Positions 25,844 through 39,629 of a stretch of DNA of 64,000 nucleotides are shown piece by piece (position 1 is the stretch's first letter; each line of letters opens with the position of its first letter). This stretch comes from Octopus sinensis (Eukaryota). The notes under the pieces were generated by a model. It made no database searches. It was not told the origin of the DNA and saw only the letters and a list, made by a program, of their open reading frames with translations. Position numbers and translations under genes: made by a program. The DNA lies in the NCBI RefSeq assembly GCF_006345805.1, contig NC_042997.1, forward strand, positions 89,404,001 through 89,468,000, given 5' to 3'.

Positions 25844-27705
25844 GTAAACTTCTCATTGATGTAGGCCATAGAGTGGCAAAATCATCAGTGTTATTTTTTT
25901 GTTTTTAATCTTTTACTTGTTTCAGTCACAGGGCTTTGGTCATGCTGGGGCATTGCCTTGAAGGTTTAGCCAAACAAATCAATCCCATTACTTGTTTTTT
26001 TCTTTTTTAAGTCTAGAATTTATCCTGTTGCTAAACTGCTAAGTCATGGAGATGTGAACAAACCAACACCAGCTGTCAAATGGTAGGGGACAAACACAAA
26101 CAAACACACACACACACACATGCAGGTATGCACACACGCATACACAGACACACACACACACACACACACACAGGATGGGCTTCCACAGTTTCTCTCTACC
26201 AAATTCCCTCACAAGATATTGGTCAGCCCAAGGCTATAATAGAAGACCATTCTGAATTCAAGTCCTACTGATGTAAAGTTTGCCTTTCATCTTTGCAGGG
26301 TGGTTTATTTTCTGAGTAACATAGCAAACTGCATTCAGTGTTAAGGTTCCAGCTTGGGAGTTCAAGAGTTAGTCTTGGGTGGGTAGGGTGTTTTTCCTTA
26401 GTGATTACAGCTCTTGGGTCCAACGGGTCCAAGATAGTAAGTAGTTCTTATCAAGGGCCCACAGAAGATGGTCCTGCAGCTAAGATAGATGTACATCTGA
26501 TGCCAACAGTATACCTGATGCAACCTCCCCCTTTTTTGTAGATTTATTCACTGTTCACTTCCTGTGTGTATTCTATATAGTGTTCATACAGTTTTGGTTA
26601 TATTTTATGATGAGTTGTAGTGCACTTGAGCACTGTATACAATAAGTTCATTCTAAAGGTCTCAAGGAAGAACTGGCCCATAGACATGCTACATATGTCC
26701 ACCAGGATGTGGACGTATGTGGACATAACTGATGTCATGTGAACCATTCCACCCCACCTCCCAGCTTTCTTAAGGGTTATATAGATCTTATGCTTCAAGG
26801 GTAAGCTGGGAGAGCAGGACACTAGTAAAATAAACTGTAAATAAATCAGCAAAAGTAATGAGAAACCACTGCTGTATATTTCCTAAGAAAAATCCTAAAT
26901 CTTCAGAGTTTGATAAGGAGATAAATAATCACTGATGCTTATAGGCATGGCACATGAAGAGACAGAAAGAGAAGGTAAATAAAATGATGTAACCACTCAG
27001 ATACTGGGATTGGTTTAATATTTCTATAAAGCTTCCTAGATATGAATGGAATTATCATCTAAGATCCAGATACTATCATGATAAAACATAAAAATAAATG
27101 AATGAATGAAATGAGCACTCGACAGATGTAACATTTGTTGGCTGGTGTAGAATACCATTACAGCATATTACACACTGCTTAGTCTCGAGTGTCACTATTG
27201 TATTAGTAATTTACAATAGAATGTATCTAGGCAATGATCTGGCAAAATCATTTGCACAATAGGAAAAGTGCTGAGCAGCATTGAGTCTATCTTTATGTTC
27301 TGAGTTCAAATTTTACCAAGGTTGTCTTTGTCTTTCATCCTTTCAGGGTCAGTAAAATGAGTACCAGTTGTGTACATTCATACATACATACAATGGGCTT
27401 CTTTTAGTTTCTGTCTACCAAATCCACTCACAAGGCTTTGGTTGGCCTGAGGCTATAACAGAAAACACTTGCCCTTGGTGCCATGCAGTGGAACTGAACT
27501 CGGGTACATCTTGATTAAAAAGATTTGAAAATATCAATTTTAATCTTTTAGTATTCTAACAGGCTATATAGGCCCAGATATTCTTCTTCCTGTTCTAACT
27601 AGATCTGGCCTCTCACACCTACCCTACAATGTCATTCTTAAAACAAAGAATCACATGTACATATGTACGTACATACATGCATACATACATACATATGTAC
27701 GTACA

Positions 27706-28512
27706 TACATGGTGTGATGGGTAAATTGTTGCCATTTTATGTTTTTAATTTCACCAATGTGCATTGTTTGTTTTTGATTTTATCAACTACACAGTACGGT
27801 AGGTTCAGCTGGGCACCATCTGTGAGAAAAACAGCACCATGACACACTGACAGAAATTTGAAAATGACATGCTGTACTGCAAGGCATTCGTGCTGGAAGC
27901 TCCAATACGAACATTCCAGAGTGTTTGGGTGTCAATCTGAGGACAGTGCAATCTGAGAACATGTACCAAGAGTGATAAAAATCAAACATCCAGTCAACAT
28001 TATAGTGTTTGGAGTGATCACTAGTGATGGTGATGCTGTGCCTCCATTTATCTTCCCACGTGGCCTCAGACGCCTACATCAAGTGCCTGGAGGAGATAGT
28101 GCTGCACTGGGTCAAGAGGATGCCTGCTAGGAGACCCTATGTCTGGCAACAGGACTCTGCACCATGCCACACAAGCAGAAGAATCCAGTCATGGCTGTCA
28201 GACAATTTCTGCAACCACATCACCCCTAACATCTGGCCACCTAAGTCCCCAGACTGCAACCCTCTCGAATTATTATGTGTAGGGCAAAATTCCTTGTAAC
28301 ATCAAAAATGCCATCCAGAAGAGTTGAAGGAGATTTTGAAGTCATCTGGGGGCCGTGGTTGAAGCAAAGGGCGATTTTATTGAATAAATTTACTCTTTAG
28401 TATTTCAAGATATTTTAATGTAATTTTGGTAAATATATCTGTTAAAATGAGATGTCAGTGTTATTTTCATTTTTGTGTAATTTAGACGATAATTTATTCA
28501 CCACACCCAGTA
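27706..28512 (+). mobile_element. Tc1/mariner DD37D (maT-type) transposon, internally deleted
   Basis: WQQDSAPCH...WPPKSPDCNPL(D/E) with 37 residues between the second and third catalytic positions; imperfect TIRs GGTGTGATGGGTAAATTGT / ATAATTTATTCACCACACC; TA-rich flanks. Confidence 0.85.
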
Positions 28513-28737
28513 TATATATGTACATTTATGTGTGTGTGTCTTTGTGCCTGTGTTGTGCCCCCACCATTGCTTGACAACTGATGTTGGTGTGTTTACATCT
28601 CTGTAATTCCATTTAAGGTAGTGCTCCAGCAAGGCTGCAATCAAATGACTGAAATGAGTTAAAAAAATATAAATTACAATTTTATGTCAACATTTATATT
28701 AATTTAAATTTTCTTTTTCTTTTCTTTTTCTTTTCAG

Positions 28738-28827
28738 AGTGTTCAACATGAAAATTCCTATAGAAATCCACAAGCTAAACACTGTTATGGGGAAAATCCT
28801 CCAGATATACAACCACTTATTCCCTAG
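28738..28827 (+). CDS. SPRING1: SPRING1/C12orf49 ortholog, terminal coding exon
   Basis: Long polypyrimidine tract ending ttttcag|; encodes [29 protein letters not shown] then TAG, matching the family C-terminus SVQHEN.YR.P..K.CYGE.PP. Too short for the ORF track. Confidence 0.95.
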   Translation, partial: SVQHENSYRNPQAKHCYGENPPDIQPLIP

Positions 28828-29885
28828 CATTAACTACAGCTTCTGGCTGCAATTATTTTCATCTTGATCATCCATTTCCATCTCAGGGTTAGCATTATTG
28901 TAAATATTTCATTGTGACACTCATTGACTGCTACATCTTCAGTTCTCATTTGAAACTTCACTGTCATGCTATTTAATCACATTGTCACTGAACCGAACCA
29001 CATGTACAGAGTACCTTTTTCCATTTTTTTTTTCCATTCTTTTTTTTTTTAACCCCCATTATCATTGGTTTTGTTTCTGTATGACAGGAACAGATATGGA
29101 AATGTTATGTTAAAGAACATTTCGAAAAAACAAGAATATTGGAATGAATGTTTCTTCTCGTCTCTCAATTACCATCATGTTCTGTTGTATTGAAATAGTA
29201 TTGTCCTATTTCATGCTGGAACATCTTGGCGATTTAACTTTTCAACTGGTTACATTAATCAACACAGAAAGGAACCAATTACAGAGCCAGACTTTTATTT
29301 AAAGACAAAAACAAAATTTAAAAACAAAAATAAAACAAATAAAAAAGAAGCAAAAAAAAAAACGACAGCAAAAGACAAAATAAAGCAAACAACCTAACGT
29401 TATCTTCAGCAGTAGCAGGAGCAATGATGGCAGGCGAAGGGAAAAATTTAGATTTGCATGAATCTCTGTTTCACCTGGATGTATGGCTATCTGCTTATGA
29501 CCAATACACCCTCCACCCTGGAGCTCCCTGGTTACAGGTGAGCTCTCATTTGTCTCCCTTGAAAATGTCTCCTCACTTTAAATTGCTTTTTTTTTGTTTT
29601 TGCCTTTCTTTCTTACTCTCTGTATATGCGCTCTGCTTTACACAAACACAGCCACCCTAGAGGTAGCCTACCATTATTATAGTTATGATAGATGTTGTGT
29701 AGAGAGAGGTAAATCTGTAACTTACTTTTGATTCTTGGCTGAAACTAAATTCACTTCATCTCTTACCCTGCTAGTGCTACTGGAAAGGCATGTATGTCAC
29801 ATGATCTCCCTCTTACCCTTAAACTTGCATCTCAGTGAGAAATTTTTCTTACTTTGATAGATAGCCCTAATATTACTATAGAGAT

Positions 29886-29918
<33 letters not shown>

Positions 29919-31824
29919 GTATGTATGTATATATTGTTTGTGTCATAAGATTTTATAAACTCTTGAGAGAACATGAAGTAATTTTTTTTTTTGCGGGGTG
30001 GGAATTAGATCTTGAAGCACATAAATGCTATAAATAATATTATGTAAAAATTGGGTTGAAGAACTCTTTTGGATAGAAAATTTCAAAGACTGCCCTTCAT
30101 GTCTACCAGAGATGTGGGGTCATGATCCATGGGCTGCCTTCAACATTTTTTTTTTTTTTTTATCCAAAAGGGTTTTTGTGCCTAATTTTAACATACTTTT
30201 ATTTATAGCATTTATGTGCTTTGAAATCCAATTCTAAAAAGAATTACACACACACATACACACAAGCACCTCCTTTTTTTTTTCATTATTATTTTAAAAT
30301 CTGTTAAATCTGGAAGGGAGTAGATCTGAAACGAAGCTATATCATTGTGGTTATTATTACAAGTTATTGTTATTCAAATTGTTTTGTGTGGGCCACTGTT
30401 TTGGGAAACTAATATCACTGTAGCAGACAATACTCATTTCAATTGTTTTGAATATCTAGTATGTCTAACTCTTTGGCATTTAAACTGGCCATATCCAGCC
30501 CAAATATTCTTCTTGTTTTATGTTCAAACTGGCTATATCTGGCCTCTCACGCCTAGCCTACAATGTTGTTTTAAAAACAAACAATCCCATCATCATAATT
30601 TTGAAGCTTTGAGATAATGCATGATTAATTCAAAGCAATGTGAATAAATATGCTTTATATTTGACAGAATAATCTGAATGCTAAAGGGTTGACCCACAGG
30701 CTACTAAGCAGAGGATAAGTAAACCATATACATGTAATGATGGGGTGGGGGAAAATAGGTGAGAAATCATTTAAATACAGGAAAGGAAATGCAATTATTT
30801 GGATAATGTTGTTGCAGACCATTAAGTTAATTTTCTAAGATCAATAACGAACGAACTTCTTTTGATCCTTTTGAAGAGATATCTTGCGTAAGACAGTGTT
30901 ATAGAGATGAATACCTAGTTCTGAGATTCTGTGTCAAAAACCTGGATTCCTGGATAGAATTCTTTTCAAGAACCCGTGTAAAATCCAGCTGATTGTATGA
31001 TAACATACTGTTCTTCAGAAAAATAGATTAGTTCTGTACATGAAAGTAAATTTAGGATGTTTCAAACAAATTCAGTTTTGCTACAGAGTGATGATGTGAT
31101 GATTGAGTAATTAATTTGATTAATGAGTTTAATTTATGTTGCAATCCTAACTACATCCTCCTTTAGCCAAGGGTCATCACATTCTTAATGTTCATGGTTG
31201 ATTGACTTGTATCTAGACAGTACACCCATTTCACAAATGAATTGCAGAATCTTTGATATAAAAATATTTCAATTTATAGAATCTTTCAATAGTCATATGA
31301 ATTAGATAACAATAATTTGATATTAGAAATTCAAACAAAGAGGTTGTGATTTTAAGTTGCAATTAAACAGACATAACTGTTAATTTATAAAAAAGATTAA
31401 TAAAATGTCAGGATCCTCCTTGCCAAAAAAACAAACAAACAAAAAAAAAACAATACTAAACAAAAAAGAAAACAAAAACAAACAAAACTCTAAAGCTGTC
31501 TTAGACTGATGTGAAATGGATTTTATGAACTCTGATATGAAATTATCTGTGGATTTTTCTACAGGAACAACTTAAAAAATAATTTATACTAAGCGTTAAA
31601 TTTTCTTACATCCATTTGTGTTAAATTTATTTCAACTATTCTTAGATTTTAGTGATTTATTTTCAGTTTTAGATTAAGGTATATGTTGAATTTTGTAGGG
31701 TATTATTTGTTCAAATAAAGCTAAAGGAATTAAAATGGGAATATATTCTTGTGAGAAAAGATTTGATAAATTTTAGAGACAAAATCTAGAGTATTCATTT
31801 AATTTGATTTTGTGTGTGTGCACG

Positions 31825-31868
<44 letters not shown>

Positions 31869-32205
31869 TCTATGTATGTATGTATATATATATAAAATGT
31901 ATGTACTGAGTCTTAATGAGAAATTATACCTTGCTAAAGTTTCTCAGGTGCTGGGGTGGGTTTTTTTGTGTGTATAGAGGTATTCTCTGAAAATTCAAAA
32001 AGACAGTGAGGTCTGGTTCCTACCTTTGAATAGGTCGCTACATCCTTGTTACTTGCAAGAATTTTACTACCCTGTTAACTGTTTATTAAATTTTCCATGT
32101 TAACGGTAAACAAAGGATAATTAATTCACCCATTTACATATATGTATATGTATACACACATACACACACACACATACATATACATACATATATATATATA
32201 TATAT

Positions 32206-32605
32206 CAGGAATGTGCCATCAGTAATTACTCAGGGTAGGCAGTTGGTGACGTTTATGTAGTAAAACACACACAAAAATAAGCAAAACGTGGACACACGAA
32301 TGAGTTGGAGGTACTTCTGCCTTTATAAGCACATAAAGAAAACGTTGTAGGAATGTACGTAGTGCGTGTACTACAGCAGTACTATGCATAGCTTTAATAC
32401 TGAGATTGAAAGTCAGGGGCGAATTATGCCTACCTAATCTACAAAAAAATAAAATATTTTGCATTTTATGCATAGTAATCAGAGTGACCTTCATAGTTTT
32501 AATGAATTATGTGCATATTTTGCCATAAAAGGAAAATGTTACTATTGATCCAATTTATTCAGGGTAGGCACTGCCTACCTTGTTTACCCAGGCAGCATGT
32601 CCCTG
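32206..32605. mobile_element. Probable non-autonomous DNA transposon (hAT-like)
   Basis: CAGGAATGTGC...GCATGTCCCTG termini, repeated CAGGGTAGGCA motif and GGTAGGCACTGCCTACC palindrome near the end. Confidence 0.5.
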
Positions 32606-32607
32606 TT

Positions 32608-32641
<34 letters not shown>

Positions 32642-32668
32642 GTATATATATGTATATATATGTATATA

Positions 32669-32704
<36 letters not shown>

Positions 32705-33742
32705 AAGATGTGTGTGTGTGTATATGTTTGTGCATACATGTATACAATTTTTTAATTTGAATTCTGTTCGTTAAACTACTTTTACCTTTAATACTATAGC
32801 TATAACAGAAAAAATAGGTATTTAATCCCTTTTGACTGTGAAGAAAGCTTGCTGTATAAAATATCTGGTTCAACAATTAAGTCATAGATACGTAGTAGAT
32901 TTGAACTCATAATCCATGAACTCCTAATTCACTATTTTATCCATTCTACTAATTTATCACCAAATATACTGAGGATTACCTCCCAATAAAATTCCTTTCC
33001 TATTAATTCTTGTCAGTAATCTGTAAATCTTCATCCTTGCTGTGAAACAACTGTTGTTAAAAAAGTACAAAACTATATTAACAACAGACTGAATTTATGC
33101 ATACTCAGTCCATGATGGTGTCTGAGTGGTTCTTGACTAAGAAAAACGTCTGTGATCTAGTTTTGTGTTTTAGTTGAAACTGTTTCATTGAAATTACTAA
33201 ATGTCCTTTGAAAGTCCTGAGCACCAACCACTTCCAATTTGTGCCTGCACCTCACAAGGGAACTCCATATTTAAAAGTATATATAAAAAATTTCTGTTCA
33301 CCATATTGACAATATTCTTTATGCATAAGACTCACTCCAACATTTGTTATCGAGAGATCCTGAAAACATATTTAGAATTAGAACTTTTGTAGCATTTCTT
33401 TTCCATTGTGGCATGAAATACTCCCAAGCTTTTTGTTGGTAACAATTTATTTAAAAAAAAAAAATTCTGAAAAAAAATTAACTAAGGGAAATAACTCAAC
33501 TGGACAAAAGGCAAGCAGAAAATTCTTAATTAAAATTTTCTCCACAGACTATTTTTTCATAGATTTTTTTCTTCCTTTCTCTAACTAATAGGCACAGACA
33601 TGGTTGTGCGGTAAGTAGTTTCTCAACCGTATGTTTTGGGGTTCCGTCCCACTGCATAGCACCTTCTGCTCTTCTGCTATAGCTCTAGGCCGACCAAAGC
33701 CTTGTGTGTCTATTTTGTATAGACAGAAACTGAAAGAATCCC

Positions 33743-33779
<37 letters not shown>

Positions 33780-34649
33780 ATGCATGCGTGTGTGTATGTT
33801 TTTGATTGCCCTTCATCATAGTTCGACAACCAGTGCTAGTTTGTTTACATCCCTGTAACGTAGCGGATCAGTAAAAGAGACTGATAGCGATTGTTAGTGA
33901 ATCAATTGCTGTTATCTTTTACTGTGAATTCTAGAGAAGAGGAGGTAATTCGAGATACCTTATTTCTTGAAATTGCCTCCACATTCCCTTGAAAATCATT
34001 AACAAAATTGCTGCTAGTTTAAAAAAAAATTTTTTTTTTTTACCTCCAACTATATGGGAAATTTCAATTAAAGACATTTTGCGTATGGCATTTATTGCAC
34101 TATTCCTTAACTTGACAATTTTTGAATAAATAAACAAAAAAAAAAAATTCACGATGAAGAGTTACTCCCCTTACACTGTTGACATTTAAAAAAAAAAAAA
34201 TCGGTTTCAATAAAAACTTAATATTTGTAATTTTGGTTCCTTTGTGTACCCTTACCATCATTCTCCATCCAACTACCAAAATATTAGGCGACACTGTTTT
34301 TGTCATCTTTTTTGTATCTCTACATTTACTTAAAAAAAAACTACAAAAGTTAGGAAATCAGTTTCTATTTTTTTTATTAATGACTTATTAGCAAAATTGA
34401 AAAATAATTGTCTATAAAAGCATTGATTTTTTTTAGCAAGTTATATAACCCATACTTCATCCTCTGTTCTAATATATCACTGTCCTCCTCTGTTCCAATA
34501 TATCACTCTCTGGATGAAGTATGGGTTATATAAAAAACTAAATAGAATAGAAATATATTATTTATACACACATAAATGCATAACACAGTTTCTTTAAAAT
34601 ATTAGTGGATGTAATAGTTTTTTCTGTTGACTACAATTTGCACATATTT

Positions 34650-36490
34650 CAGGTGTAGTAAGAGATGTGCCATCTAATATATTCTATTTGGAATGTCATG
34701 AGTTCATCAGCAGTCACAGCAGTGCTGCCCTCCATCGAGGTCTTGACTATGATTTTAGAATGGTGCCTAGGGTTCACCGAAGTGATAACTTGGCTGGTAG
34801 GCAACCCCGAGTGCTAGTTAAGTCACACCCATCTTTTTTTCTATCTTTCATTAACTTGGAGATGTTGCCATAGACGTATTCATTGGTAATTTTCTGCATC
34901 TATTGCTGATAAAAGATCATATAAAAGATGTGAAGTTAGCCAAGATACAAGTCTGACATCCATAAAGGAGGGTTTTCTTTCTGCTGTAAAGATATTATTC
35001 TTGTCTTTTCTGAAAAGGTTGGAGGTTTACATATTCTTTATATCACTGAGCAGTTTCCAGTCAACCCTCTATGCACTTTGATGCCCCCACCCTCTCCAAG
35101 GTTGCTGTGAATGTTTCCAAGAACTTGGAATCATAAACCTGCTTGAATGGAGTCCCTTCAATAACTTGAGTGACTTATGATATAGCCTGACTTTGTTGCA
35201 CTGAGTTTATATCCCTGACAGAAGGATCTGATCATTTGTGATTTCTTCCAGTATCAAAGTGATGTCATTGATAAGGTTCAAATCAATTAGTGTCATCAAA
35301 CGAATCTTCTTGAGCTTCCCGTGGTGTAATGATGAATTCTAGTTTCTTATTATCCCCAATTGCTTGTTGAGGGCTTAGCCAAAATGATAACATGTGTAGA
35401 ACCCCAACCTGCTTCTCAAGCACTTTAATTTCACTATTCTGTGCCATGTATGTGTGTGGACTTGCTGGCTTGAAGGATATGAAGTAGTTTTCCTTATACC
35501 TTAAGGGTCTTCATCATTTCTTTACTCTTATGAATTGAATCAAGTGCTTTCTTGAAGTTGATAAATATCAAGATAACAGTGAATAGGTTTTTCATCTCTT
35601 CTATTATTCTTAGAAAGGACCAGGATCTGTGCAATATTGCTTGCTTCATATGGAAACTATTCTGGTTGTATCTCAGCTTGGGACTAATGGCTACATTTAT
35701 CTTGTGAGAGATTATCTGAATATAGAGCTGCAGAAAGGCAGGTTACCCTGATACCATGATAGTTGTCAGTCTTGGTAAGTGATCTGGACTTTAAAAAAAA
35801 TGATTATGTTTGAAAGAGACCATTGTTGTGGTTGTGTCCTTCTGCTTTCCTGTTGCCGTACTTGAGCACCTCAGGTGGGATCCTATTAACTTCAGCACCC
35901 TTTTCAACTCAACAGTTTTTGTCAATGCCAATAAGGTTGGCGGAGATATCTTCATTCTTCTTGTCTCCTGGACTTAGTATCTCAGGCTCACTTTGTTGTC
36001 ACAATTCTGTAATCAGACCCAAATGTGTTGAAACTATAGTAAACTTTTGGGTTCATCACACTCATGACACTTTTTTTTTCTCATGAGGATGTAGTCAAGT
36101 TATTCTTGGCTAGAGCTGCACAACCCTCATGTATCCACAGTTCACTAGTACACTTCTAAAACTGTAGTAGGAGAGGTGAGGTTGTGTTCCTAAAAAGACG
36201 CCATTCTATTTAGTGAGGTTAAATAATGAGAAGGACATGTCTTCCAAATCAAATCAGATGTTAAAATCACCAAAGATGGTCATATGTTATTTGCTGCACT
36301 AGTAAGACACAAAGTCTTACATAGATTTTCCTCCATATCCTCTTTGTCAATGGAGTTTTGGAAGCAAGTGGCTATCTACAACAGTTCTAATAGTTTCCTT
36401 CAAATTCAGTTATAAGGACATGATCACTCTCTGACCTGATGCCCTGTAGTACCTTGTTCAACATCAGTCCAACCCCACTTTGTGCAGAGT
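34650..36490 (-). mobile_element. Highly decayed LINE reverse transcriptase
   Basis: Minus-strand remnants 'LTKTDNYHGI' (~35750-35780) and 'ILIFINFKKALDSIH' (~35530-35575) correspond to RT NYRGI and F.DF.KAFDS motifs; boundaries approximate. Confidence 0.6.
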
Positions 36491-36504
36491 TCCTTGATAT
36501 ATAT

Positions 36505-36900
36505 AATAATAATAATGAAATTATTGTATACAGTGCTCAGGTGCACCACAACTTGTCAGAAAGTGCATATAAAGTACATGCAGTAATGTAGAAATGTCTG
36601 GAAAGCGAACAATGTATGAGTCAGATACATGCTTGTGTGTGTATGGAGGGGAGAAAATCAAGTGTAGTGTTGGCGAATCTCAGGAAGCATGGAAGTTTTG
36701 AAGGATGCAGTGCTCCGACAACTAACAACCAATGCCGGCAGTTTGTTCCATGCTTCAGCAACTCTCAGCGTGAAAAAATGTTTCCTAAAGTCATGGGAGC
36801 TGTGCTGTTTTCTTACTTTGTAAATATGTCCACGGGTGTTAGATGGGTGGAGTTTGAAGAGGTGCTCAGAGTTATTGTTTGTGCGATGGTTGATGGTTGT
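36505..36900 (-). mobile_element. CR1/L2-like LINE 3' end
   Basis: NTRGHIYK....RKHFFTLRVAEAWNKLP..VV......FK motif followed by 3' UTR and (TAT)n tail. Confidence 0.88.
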
Positions 36901-37561
36901 GCGATATGATGGGGTAAATTCCCTTAATGTCTGAAGACCTGAATTTTCCATCAAGATGAATGTGCCAATGCTTTTAAACCCCCAGGATATTATTCCTCAG
37001 CTACTTATTCCCAATGTCAGTTCAGTGAATTGGGATGATAAATGAATAATATTTCTTATAGGTTGGATACAGTCCACACTGGAATACTTATAGTAGTAGA
37101 ATAAAATGCTGATAAATACCAACTATGTATATACTTTTACTATTTATTGCTTTCGGCTTGATATCACCATGTCAAATAGCCCTGACATATGTACAGACGA
37201 CTTTCCATTTGTTTTCATCTATTAACTTTTTTAGTTAAAACAGAATCAAATATTTATTTTGCTTATCTAATACTTTGAGAGAGGTGTGGCACATCTCATG
37301 TAGACCTATGTATTTCCTTTTTTCATCCTTTTGGTTTTTGCTCCTTCCTTTTGTTTTTCATTTCTACATTTCGTCTTTGCTTGGAGCACTTTAATTTGTA
37401 TCTGAAACTGAACATTTTAGTTGAAGCAGCATTAACAGATTTTACAAAACCTAGTGTAAATTGTATGACTGGGGACAGGAACTGAGGAGATGATTTGTTT
37501 TTTTTCTCTTTTCCCATGAAATTTTTTTCAAATTTTGGTTGGAATTGTTCAACATTTAGAT

Positions 37562-37765
37562 CAGGCATGGGCAACATTTCTCAAACTAGTGGGCTGCATG
37601 GGTCATGGCTTATCATCGGTTGGGTTGCACTACTAAAAAAAATTCAAGGTAAATTTTGTTAGATATTTAACAAATTGGTGATAAACATTACTTTTATTAG
37701 GCATCCCAGTCAGAAAGTCCTATGGGATGCAATGCAGCCTGCAAGTCCCATTTTACCCATGACTG
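37562..37765. mobile_element. hAT-type MITE
   Basis: TIRs CAGGCATGGGCAA / TTACCCATGACTG flanked by an 8-bp TSD ATTTAGAT / ATTCAGAT (one mismatch). Confidence 0.75.
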
Positions 37766-38524
37766 ATTCAGATTTTGCACTGCATCATTTCTCTCAATAT
37801 TTTGGTCTTCTTTCATTTTGTCCCAGTTTCTTTTTGCATTCACCTCCTTTCTTTCTCAAGAGAAGGAACAAGCCTATAGCCATTAGGCTACAAGAAAGGA
37901 ACCATTGGCTTTTACTCCATAATATTTAACCCTTTGGCACTTAAACCAGCCATATCAGGCCTAAATATTCTACATGCTTTATGTTCAAACCAGCCAAATC
38001 TGGCCTCTCACACATACTCTACAATGTCATCCTCAAAATAAGCAATCACATCATCAAAACCTTGAAGCTAAAAGATAATGCACGATTAATTCAAAACAAT
38101 GTGAATACATAAGTATCTGAATACTAAAGGGTTAAAACACAAAATCATTTGTAAATATTTTAAAGTCAATCTTTGCACTCAATGAAAAACAAAAACAAAA
38201 ACAAAAAAAATTCAACAAAAATCTCAAGTATGGCTTTAAACCATCTAAACAATTATTTACATGAAAATGGTCATTCGTATATATTTTACAAAGGCAACAA
38301 AAATGGAACGTTGCAATAAGGTCTTTAAAAAAACAAACATTTTCATTTTTTTCCTCCCTGATTTTTTTTTTTCTACCTTCATTTCAGAGCATTTTTATTC
38401 CCCAAATCCCCTCACAAAATTGTATTGTTTCCTTAATATCTATATCATGTATGTTTGAATGGAAATAATTTGAAATAAATATCATTATTAATCCATAATG
38501 CAATGATGTCTACTTTATTATTGA

Positions 38525-39620
38525 ATGAGAGAGCAGTGCATGCCATCAAAGTGACACTGGGGTAAAAATATACAAAGCCCAGTATACTCTTCATGACTAC
38601 CTGTGTGATAAGGGTACACCAGGCACATGCATCACAACCATATATGCACGACCTGGTGATTTCATATCAAGATAAACAGCGCATGATCTTGCAGGTGGGG
38701 CCCAGTTAGAATTTTCTTCAGTTTGAGTTGCCCATCCCACTCAAAAGGTCCCTGAATAAGGGTTGTTTAAGGATGTTGGACGAAACACTCATTTCCACAG
38801 GTGAATTATCCAAACCCCAAAGAATTCCTCTCAAAACATGGCTATGATGCTCCCCTAACTACTTCTGCTCGTGATCAGAGATGCACAAATCATCAGCCAC
38901 TAAGGGTTAAGCTCAACTGGTTAAGATCAAGCAGATCTGTGGTACTAAACAGAATATTTGCCTATCTTTTATACCAAGACAAAACAATGTACATGATAAC
39001 ACTTCCAGACAGTTAAAATTAGAAGCCATGAGAGCCACTGTCTGGTACTGCATGTTATTATCATTATTTTTATCATTATTGAGTGAGAGAGAAATGCATG
39101 CCATCAAAGTGACACTGGGATACAAGTATACAAAGCCCAATATACACATCATGACTACCCGTCTCATAAGGGTACACTAGGCACATGCATCATAACCATA
39201 TGTGTGTGACATGGTGATCTTATATCAAGATAATGCATGACCTTGTAGGTAGGGCCCAGCTAGAAATTCCTCCAGGTTAAGTAGTTCATTCTGTTCAGAA
39301 GGTCTCTGAATAAGGGCTATTTAAGAATGATGAATGAAACACCTGTTTCCAGGGGTGAATTATTTAAACCCCAAAGAATTCCTCTCAACACCTGGCTATG
39401 ATGCTCTTCCACTACTCCTGCTTGTGATCAGAGATGCACATATTGTCAGCCACTAAGGATCATGCTCAATTGGTTAAGATCAAGCAACTGATAAGCAGAT
39501 CTGTGGTATTGAACTGCATATTTGTTGTAGCCCATCTTTTTAACCATAACAAAATATACATGATAACACTTCCAATAAGTTAAAATCAGATGTGATGAGA
39601 GCCACTACCTGGTATTGCAT
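38525..39620 (-). repeat. Two tandem copies of the ~520 bp unclassified repeat
   Basis: GAGAGAG..TGCATGCCATCAAAGTGACACTGGG...TGGTA(C/T)TGCAT occurs twice, separated by an (ATT)-rich spacer. Confidence 0.85.
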
Positions 39621-39629
39621 CTTACTATT

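Noticed and set aside
34654-34873. tttcag-preceded ORF as a gene 2 exon
   Set aside because: Lies at the end of a decayed minus-strand LINE; no strong phase-compatible donor.
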